64,000 nucleotides of DNA from Candidatus Nomurabacteria bacterium (lineage in GTDB: Bacteria; Patescibacteriota; Minisyncoccia; Phycocordibacterales; UBA5272): positions 26,896 to 90,895 of the forward strand of contig JBAXSC010000001.1 in NCBI GenBank assembly GCA_037130925.1, given 5' to 3'. Shown here in pieces: positions 57,991 through 64,000 of the stretch. The notes under the pieces were generated by a model. That model searched no databases and had not been told where the DNA came from. It saw nothing but the letters and a program-made list of their open reading frames with translations. Within the stretch, counting starts at the first letter, position 1. Each line of letters opens with the position of its first letter. A program made the translations under genes and the position numbers.

Positions 57991-59871
57991 ATGAAAAAAG
58001 ATTTAAAAGTAACAATTGCACAAATGGAAGTTTTTCCTATGGAATTAAATAAAAATCTAAATAAAATTTTATCTATTATAGAAGATCATAGAAACAAGAC
58101 TGACATTTTAGTTTTTCCGGAAATGTGTTTATCTGGATATTTATTAGGTGATAGATACGAATATCAGGATTTTATTGATGAAATTGAATCTGCTAATAAT
58201 AAAGTAAAAGAAAATTCAAAAGACCTTGTGATTATTTGGGGGTCTCTAATCCAAGATAAAAATAAAATAGGGGAAGATGGAAGAATTAGAAAATACAATG
58301 CAGCATTAATTGCGAAAGATGGTGAATGGGTTTCTAATGGTGTTTTGAATGGATTTATACCAAAAAGTAATTTACCTAAATATCGCTTTTTTGATGATGC
58401 TAGACATTTTTATCCAGCAGAAAAACTTGCTTTAGAATTAGTTAATAATAACGAAATAAAAAATATAGAGGAAATGTTTAAGACTTTTAAAATAAAAGTC
58501 AGAGACTCTGAATACGGTTTTGCTTTAAGTATTTGTGAAGATTTATGGGAGGATGAATATGATTTTAAATTATCAGAAATTTATAAATCACAAAATCCTG
58601 ATCTCGTTATAGATATTTCTTCTTCTCCTTGGACTTTAGGAAAATGGAAAGCAAGAGAGAATATGCTCAAAAAAAGAGTTTTAGATTTAAATTCAGCTAT
58701 ACTTTATGTGAATAATATAGGACTTCAAAATAATGCTAAAAATTTAATTTGGTTTGATGGTTCTTCTGTATTGATTTCAAAAGAAGGAAAGTTTGTTTAT
58801 AGAGCCAAAGAGAATATTGAGGTTTTTGACACTATAAATCTTTTTGAAAATATTAGCATGACTGAAGATGTTGATTTTGTTAAAAGTGATGAAAATAAAG
58901 AACTCTTTGATTCTTTGATTTGTGCAATGAAGAGATTTTATCTACCTTTTAATAAAGTTGTGGTTGGATTATCAGGTGGAGTAGATTCTGCTTTGTCTAT
59001 AGCTTTACTCAGAGAATGTTTTCCTGTAGCAGAATTTAAAGATAAAATTTTGGCGGTTAACATGCCTAGTAAATTTAATTCTAGTACTACAAAATCTTTA
59101 GCTAAAAAATTGGTAGATAATTTAGAAATAGACTATAAAATAGTACCTATTCAAGAAATCCTCGAAACAGAAATAGAAAATTTAAAATTAGGCGATATTG
59201 ATAATCTTTCTACTTTAACTAAAGAAAATATGCAAGCCAGAATAAGGGGTAGTATCTTGGCTACAGTTTCTCAAAATGTCGGAGGAGTATTTACTAATAA
59301 TGGAAATAAAACAGAAGTATCTTTAAATTATTTCACATTATACGGTGATGCTGCTGGGGCGGCTAGTTTCTTAGGGGATTTATGGAAAGGAAAAGTTTAT
59401 GAGTTGTGTAGATATATAAATCAAAAAAATAATAAAGAAGTAATTCCAGAAGGAATTTTGACTATAGTACCTAGTGCGGAATTGTCAGATAGTCAGAATG
59501 TAGACGAAGGAAAAGGTGATCCTATTTTTTACGAGTATCACGATAAATTATTAGAGGCTTTTGTTGAAAAGAGGTGGTCTTTAACTTTGGTTTTGGAAAA
59601 ATATTTACAAGGTAATCTTGAAAAAGATCTTGGATGTAAAGATGGAACGATAAATAAGTATTTTAAAGATAAAAAAGAATTCGTTAGTAATTTGGAATGG
59701 GCTTGGAAAGCTTTAAATACAGAATTTAAAAGAGTTCAACTTCCTCCAGTATTTTTAAATTCTCGTAGAGCTTTTGGTTTTGACAGAAGAGATACAATAG
59801 AAGCTCCATTTATATCAGAAAAGTATTTTAATTTGGAAAAAGAGTTATTGGAAAATAATAATTTTAAATAA
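57991..59871 (+). CDS. nadE: Glutamine-dependent NAD+ synthetase (CN-hydrolase domain plus NadE domain)
   Basis: N-terminal nitrilase-like domain (FPEMCLSGY...ICEDLW) and an SGGVDSAL PP-loop. Confidence 0.85.
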   Translation: MKKDLKVTIAQMEVFPMELNKNLNKILSIIEDHRNKTDILVFPEMCLSGYLLGDRYEYQDFIDEIESANNKVKENSKDLVIIWGSLIQDKNKIGEDGRIRKYNAALIAKDGEWVSNGVLNGFIPKSNLPKYRFFDDARHFYPAEKLALELVNNNEIKNIEEMFKTFKIKVRDSEYGFALSICEDLWEDEYDFKLSEIYKSQNPDLVIDISSSPWTLGKWKARENMLKKRVLDLNSAILYVNNIGLQNNAKNLIWFDGSSVLISKEGKFVYRAKENIEVFDTINLFENISMTEDVDFVKSDENKELFDSLICAMKRFYLPFNKVVVGLSGGVDSALSIALLRECFPVAEFKDKILAVNMPSKFNSSTTKSLAKKLVDNLEIDYKIVPIQEILETEIENLKLGDIDNLSTLTKENMQARIRGSILATVSQNVGGVFTNNGNKTEVSLNYFTLYGDAAGAASFLGDLWKGKVYELCRYINQKNNKEVIPEGILTIVPSAELSDSQNVDEGKGDPIFYEYHDKLLEAFVEKRWSLTLVLEKYLQGNLEKDLGCKDGTINKYFKDKKEFVSNLEWAWKALNTEFKRVQLPPVFLNSRRAFGFDRRDTIEAPFISEKYFNLEKELLENNNFK

Positions 59872-59880
59872 AAGATAGTA

Positions 59881-59909
59881 TTGACTTAATATTTATTATG
59901 TTATATAAT
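59881..59909 (+). promoter_or_regulatory. pncB promoter
   Basis: TTGACT - 17 nt - TATAAT. Confidence 0.6.
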
Positions 59910-59925
59910 AAATTTAAATAATAAT

Positions 59926-59988
59926 ATTTTTGAAACAGAATTTTGTCTAGAAAAGATTGAATTATAGACAGAATTCTGTTTCAAAAAT
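59926..59988 (+). promoter_or_regulatory. 24-nt-arm inverted repeat holding two 12-bp palindromes in the pncB leader
   Basis: Arms 59926-59949 and 59965-59988 match at 23 of 24 positions. ACAGAATTTTGT at 59935-59946 and the perfect palindrome ACAGAATTCTGT at 59968-59979. Confidence 0.55.
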
Positions 59989-60039
59989 AGAAACAGTCGC
60001 TCTTTGTATTATATTAATTAACATTTAAAATTTATTCAG

Positions 60040-61395
60040 ATGAATTATTTTAGAAATTCAGAAGTTCATGAAGTTGCTGATAAAATTTACAACAATCTTC
60101 ATTCTACAAATTTTGTATCGCCAATACAAAATTTAACTGATGTGGACTTTTACAAGTTTACAATGGGACAGTTTATTTTTAGATTCTATCCAGAAGTGGA
60201 GGTTAAATTTAAATTAATTATTAGAGACAAAAAGATTTCTTTAGTAGAAAGAATCGTTTCTGATGAAAAATTTAAAGATGAACTTTTCCAGTCTTTGGAT
60301 TATATCTCCTCGTTACGTTTTCGTAAAACAGACATGTTTTACCTTAGAGGTATGGATCTCTATGATAAGAATATGTTTAAGAACGATTATTTGAACTTTT
60401 TGGGAAATTTAACTTTGCCAAAGTTAAGTCCAAAAATTGGATTTAATACCTTCGATCTTGGTATTGAGGGGCTGTGGAGTGAAAATAGTCACTGGGAGAC
60501 TATTGCAATGGCGACCATCACTGAGCTTTATTATAGAAGCATGATGAGAGACATGTCTGAGCAAGAAGTCCATGATATGTATGTAATCTCTAATAACAGA
60601 TTGCAAAATATGTTATTAGAGATTAAAAAAAATCCGAGTATTTCATTTTCTGACTTCGGTCAGAGAAGGAGAAATTCTTTTCTTTGGCAGGATTATGTTG
60701 TGAAAGAATGTAAAAGAGTTTTAGGTGGTCAATTTGTTGGCACGTCTAATACTTATTTAGCATTTAAACATGACTTAGTTCCGATCGGAACCAATGCTCA
60801 TGAGCTTCCAATGGTAGCTACCGCTCTTGCGGTAGGAGATAAAGCTAAAAGAAACGCTCAATATGCCATTCTTAAACAATGGCAGAAAGTTTATGGAAAA
60901 GGTTTGAGGATTATTCTTCCAGACACTTTTGGATCAGAGCAGTTTTTTAAAAATGCGCCAGATTGGGCGTCTAACTGGATCGGGCAAAGGCAAGATTCTG
61001 GTGATCCTATTGCAGAAGGGGAAAGATATAAAGCCTGGCTTTCAGGTAAAGGTATTAATCTGCTAGAAAGGAAAACTATTTTTTCAGATGGGCTAGATAT
61101 TTCACCAATGAAAGATATTACTTCTCATTTTCATGGTAATCATCAAGCGTCCTTTGGTTGGGGAACATTGTTGACCAATAACTTCGCCGACACTGTTCCT
61201 GGTAATGAAAATTTTAGACCATTCTCAATGGTTGTGAAAGTTTCAGAAGCTAGAAGCAATATTGGTAGTGAGTGGAATCCTTGTGTTAAGCTTTCTAACA
61301 ATATTGAAAAGGCCACAGGTACTCCAAGTGCTATAAAAGACTATATTAGAATCTTTGGCGATTCTGGTAGGGTAGATCAGCAAGTAGTGGTTTAA
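60040..61395 (+). CDS. pncB: Nicotinate phosphoribosyltransferase
   Basis: TDVDFYKFTMGQ, GTNAHELPM, ~450 aa. Confidence 0.88.
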   Translation: MNYFRNSEVHEVADKIYNNLHSTNFVSPIQNLTDVDFYKFTMGQFIFRFYPEVEVKFKLIIRDKKISLVERIVSDEKFKDELFQSLDYISSLRFRKTDMFYLRGMDLYDKNMFKNDYLNFLGNLTLPKLSPKIGFNTFDLGIEGLWSENSHWETIAMATITELYYRSMMRDMSEQEVHDMYVISNNRLQNMLLEIKKNPSISFSDFGQRRRNSFLWQDYVVKECKRVLGGQFVGTSNTYLAFKHDLVPIGTNAHELPMVATALAVGDKAKRNAQYAILKQWQKVYGKGLRIILPDTFGSEQFFKNAPDWASNWIGQRQDSGDPIAEGERYKAWLSGKGINLLERKTIFSDGLDISPMKDITSHFHGNHQASFGWGTLLTNNFADTVPGNENFRPFSMVVKVSEARSNIGSEWNPCVKLSNNIEKATGTPSAIKDYIRIFGDSGRVDQQVVV

Positions 61396-61420
61396 AAATG
61401 TACATTTTGTTCTTTAAAGG

Positions 61421-61448
61421 AGCAGCTCTTAGTTGGGCTGCTTTTTTC
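61421..61448 (+). terminator. Intrinsic terminator with a UUAGUU loop
   Basis: agcagctc/gggctgct stem plus a T6 run. Confidence 0.65.
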
Positions 61449-61498
61449 TTGCATTTTATTTATATATAGTGTATACTATACACATATAAAATAGATTT

Positions 61499-62407
61499 AT
61501 GAAAAACAATAATTTAGAAGAAAAAACAGTGGGTGTTGTAATAGGTAGATTCCAAGTCTCTGACTTACATGATGGACATAAATATTTAATAGATTCAGCA
61601 AAAAAAGGAAGTGATAAATTATGTATCATTTTAGGATCTACTGGTGCTAATCCAACAAGAAGAAATCCTTTATCATTTGAACATAGAAAAGAAATGATTA
61701 AAGATTTATATCCAGAAGCACAAATATTTGAAATATTAGATTCTAGAAAATGGTCAGAAAATTTAGATAATTTATTAAAAGATAAATTTCAAGATAAAAA
61801 AATAAAATTATATGGATCAAGGGACTCCTTTATTGTCCAATATAAAGGATCTTTAGATAAAGTTTTTGTCGAACCTATTGAATGTTTATCTGGTACAGAG
61901 TTAAGAAATCTAAAAAAAGATAATTTAGATAAAAGTAGTTTTAGATCAGGTGTTATAGATTCTCAAAAAATAAGATTTCCGGTTTCTTATCAGACTGTAG
62001 ATATGATTGTTCAGGATTCTAAAAATAGAAAAATTATTTTAGGAAGAAAAAGGGATTCTGATAAATGGTGTTTCCCGGGAGGATTTGTTGATCCTACTGA
62101 TTTGTCATTAGAATTGGCAGCAGAAAGAGAACTGAAAGAAGAAGTTATAAATCTAAGTGTTTATAAAAATCCTACTTATTTAGGGTCATATAGAATAAAT
62201 GATCATAGATATAGAAATGAAGAAGATAAAATTATGACAGCTCTATTTTTATTTGAATACGAAAAAGGAGAAATTGTAGCCGGCGATGATCTTTGTGAAG
62301 TAAGATGGTTTTCGTTGGAAGATATTAATGAGATTAAAGATAATATTAGCGATAATCATCTTCCTTTATTGAATATATTTTTACAAAAAAATATTATTAA
62401 GATTTAG
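61499..62407 (+). CDS. nadM: Bifunctional NMN adenylyltransferase / Nudix hydrolase (NadM-Nudix type)
   Basis: GRFQVSDLHDGH nucleotidyltransferase motif and a C-terminal Nudix box GGFVDPTDLSLELAAERELKEEV. Confidence 0.8.
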   Translation: MKNNNLEEKTVGVVIGRFQVSDLHDGHKYLIDSAKKGSDKLCIILGSTGANPTRRNPLSFEHRKEMIKDLYPEAQIFEILDSRKWSENLDNLLKDKFQDKKIKLYGSRDSFIVQYKGSLDKVFVEPIECLSGTELRNLKKDNLDKSSFRSGVIDSQKIRFPVSYQTVDMIVQDSKNRKIILGRKRDSDKWCFPGGFVDPTDLSLELAAERELKEEVINLSVYKNPTYLGSYRINDHRYRNEEDKIMTALFLFEYEKGEIVAGDDLCEVRWFSLEDINEIKDNISDNHLPLLNIFLQKNIIKI

Positions 62408-62412
62408 TTTTG

Positions 62413-62485
62413 TGCCCTCAGCAGGATTCGAACCTGCGACCGTTTGCTTAAGAGGCAACTGCTCTACCAACTGAGCTATAAGGGC
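62413..62485 (-). tRNA. tRNA-Lys (anticodon CUU)
   Basis: The reverse complement folds as GCCCTTA-TA-GCTC..GAGC-A-GTTGC-CTCTTAA-GCAAA-CGGTC-GCAGG-TTCGAAT-CCTGC-TGAGGGC-A. Confidence 0.9.
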
Positions 62486-62577
62486 TTTTTATTTTTAATA
62501 TAATAGCATATTTTTATATTTTTAAAAAGAAGTAAAACGGATTTGAGTATTTGTAAAATATTTGGTATTATATATTC

Positions 62578-62631
62578 GAGAGGAGGTCAAACAAAGGTAA
62601 TAGGCAAGTTGCTGTTTACTGATCTCCTCTC
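62578..62631 (+). other. GC-rich 11-bp hairpin forming the 5' leader of the tRNA-Leu precursor
   Basis: gagaggaggtc/gatctcctctc. Starts about 7 nt after the TATTAT -10 (TTGAGT - 17 nt - TATTAT) and ends 6 nt before the tRNA. Confidence 0.45.
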
Positions 62632-62637
62632 TTTTAT

Positions 62638-62719
62638 GCCCAGGTGGCGGAATTGGTATACGCGCTAGTCTTAGGAACTAGTGGAGAAATCCTTGGAGGT
62701 TCAAGTCCTCTCCTGGGCA
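62638..62719 (+). tRNA. tRNA-Leu (anticodon UAG), long variable arm
   Basis: Acceptor gcccagg/cctgggc, anticodon arm ctagt-ctTAGga-actag, variable arm tggagaaatccttg, T arm with ttcaagt loop. Confidence 0.88.
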
Positions 62720-62777
62720 CAATGAAATAAAAATATCCTTAAATAATAAGGGTATTTTTATTTATTAATAATCATAC

Positions 62778-62947
62778 TTGACAAATAATCACTATTATGC
62801 TACACTATATATAGTGATTAGTTGTTTTAAAATTTCATATATTTTAATTAAATATATTAAATACTTTTGTGAGTCATTATAGTTTCTAATGACATTTAGT
62901 GATTATAATGACTTACAAAACATTTATTAATTATTAATTTATTTATT
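62778..62947 (+). promoter_or_regulatory. Promoter plus structured leader module, copy f
   Basis: TTGACA - 17 nt - TACACT (with TGC). Inverted repeat aatcactat/atagtgatt brackets the -10. Hairpin 62866-62919 with loop agtttctaatgacatttagtgatt. Confidence 0.55.
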
Positions 62948-63376
62948 ATGAAAATTTCATTGTCAAAAGCAAATTTAGTAGGAGAAAAAATCAAACAGGA
63001 TCTAATAGATGCTAAAAACACTATTATTTATGGAGTGAAAAATTGGAAACAAACCATAAAAAAAGAGTTGAAACATTTATTAAATTTTACCCTGTTAATA
63101 GCAGGATTGATTTATATATTTCATATCCTTTCTGTGATTTTTGTTAATACTCTGGCAGATTTTGATTCGGTAAGCTGCTTGATTTTAAGAGTAGATTACT
63201 TATTAACAAAAGATCTGGTAAGCACACCTATTCAATGTGTAGCAACAGGGGTAGTATCTATAGTTGTTGTTTATATGTTTAATCTAATCTATAGGATACT
63301 TAAAACAGATTTTCTGAGATTGGTATTTATGCTTTTATTTTATTTTGTTTTAGTTTTTATTACTAATAATCTTTAA
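62948..63376 (+). CDS. Hypothetical membrane protein (ORFan cassette gene)
   Basis: 3 TM helices, between leader f and a terminator. Confidence 0.5.
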   Translation: MKISLSKANLVGEKIKQDLIDAKNTIIYGVKNWKQTIKKELKHLLNFTLLIAGLIYIFHILSVIFVNTLADFDSVSCLILRVDYLLTKDLVSTPIQCVATGVVSIVVVYMFNLIYRILKTDFLRLVFMLLFYFVLVFITNNL

Positions 63377-63404
63377 TAATTATTTACTAAAGATTATAAG
63401 TTAT

Positions 63405-63438
63405 ACAGGTCTGTCTTAGTTGATGGACCTGTTTTTTA
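63405..63438 (+). terminator. Intrinsic terminator with a CUUAGU loop
   Basis: acaggtctgt/atggacctgt stem (with G-U pairs), loop cttagttg, T6 run. Confidence 0.7.
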
Positions 63439-63473
63439 TTAGAAATTTATAGTTTAAAAATTATTAATCATGT

Positions 63474-63607
63474 TTGACAAATAATAGTGAATATATTAGG
63501 ATATGTTCAGATGTTTTTAATTGTTTTTGTTGATTTCTTTTAGTTTCTAATTAAAGATATTAAAAGAAGTTAACAAATTTATTTACAATTAAATTAAAAG
63601 TTTAAAT
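63474..63607 (+). promoter_or_regulatory. Promoter plus structured leader module, copy e
   Basis: TTGACA - 17 nt - TAGGAT. Hairpin 63529-63574 (gttgatttctttt/aaaagaagttaac with G-U pairs). Loop agtttctaattaaagatatt. P1 ttaattgt/acaattaa. Confidence 0.6.
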
Positions 63608-63979
63608 ATGGAAAAAGGAAATAGTATTGCAGAAAAATTATACTCTTTTTTTGAAGAAAAATTCGGTATACCAAATACTGAAGTTCTTAATCTTAATGAG
63701 AATCAGCCTAAAATGATGTTAGTAGATCTTGGACTTAAGAAAAAGACGGAAAAAAATAGTTGGACTATTATTTACGAATTGCATTCTGGTGGAGGTTTTG
63801 TTTTAGGAGAAAACTGGCGCACAAATGGATGTTCTTGGTCAAGATTCCTTGTTATTAAAAATAATGAAGATTTTGATCTGGTTAAAATTACTAATAGCAT
63901 GATCTCGGATCCATTTTGTAATTTTGAGACTTTAAAATTTGTTTTTTTAGCTCTTAGAGAATTTTCTTTTGATCTTTAA
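63608..63979 (+). CDS. Hypothetical protein (ORFan cassette gene)
   Basis: ATG after leader e. Confidence 0.5.
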   Translation: MEKGNSIAEKLYSFFEEKFGIPNTEVLNLNENQPKMMLVDLGLKKKTEKNSWTIIYELHSGGGFVLGENWRTNGCSWSRFLVIKNNEDFDLVKITNSMISDPFCNFETLKFVFLALREFSFDL

Positions 63980-64000
63980 AAAAAGTAAACATTATTTTAA

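Overview
Strongly AT-rich bacterial chromosome segment, densely packed with small genes. The gene content resembles a reduced-genome CPR/Patescibacteria-like organism; that lineage call is inference. It includes peptidoglycan genes (murA, murF-like, ddl, alr, L,D-transpeptidase), SecDF, ackA and pyk fermentation genes, a complete NAD salvage cluster and many ORFans. The standard genetic code fits. RNA genes are one divergent, unlinked 16S rRNA and tRNA-Ile(GAU), Asn(GUU), Lys(CUU) and Leu(UAG). The strongest signal is a roughly 130-170 nt promoter plus structured 5' leader module. It occurs at least 8 times in 64 kb, in front of unrelated small ORFan genes. Its stems covary while the apical loop is conserved, and two copies form tandem cassette-like pairs. 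The second signal is that the 16S 3' tail has no CCUCC anti-Shine-Dalgarno, the inspected genes have no SD, and several promoters sit in leaderless geometry. Other candidates are a GC-rich three-helix element between divergent genes, a NusB-Nudix fusion overlapping rnc, and paired palindromes in the pncB leader. There are also two large acidic proteins sharing an MTLGS N-terminus, and terminators with conserved CUUAGU loops. No CRISPR array, transposase or integrase was seen.
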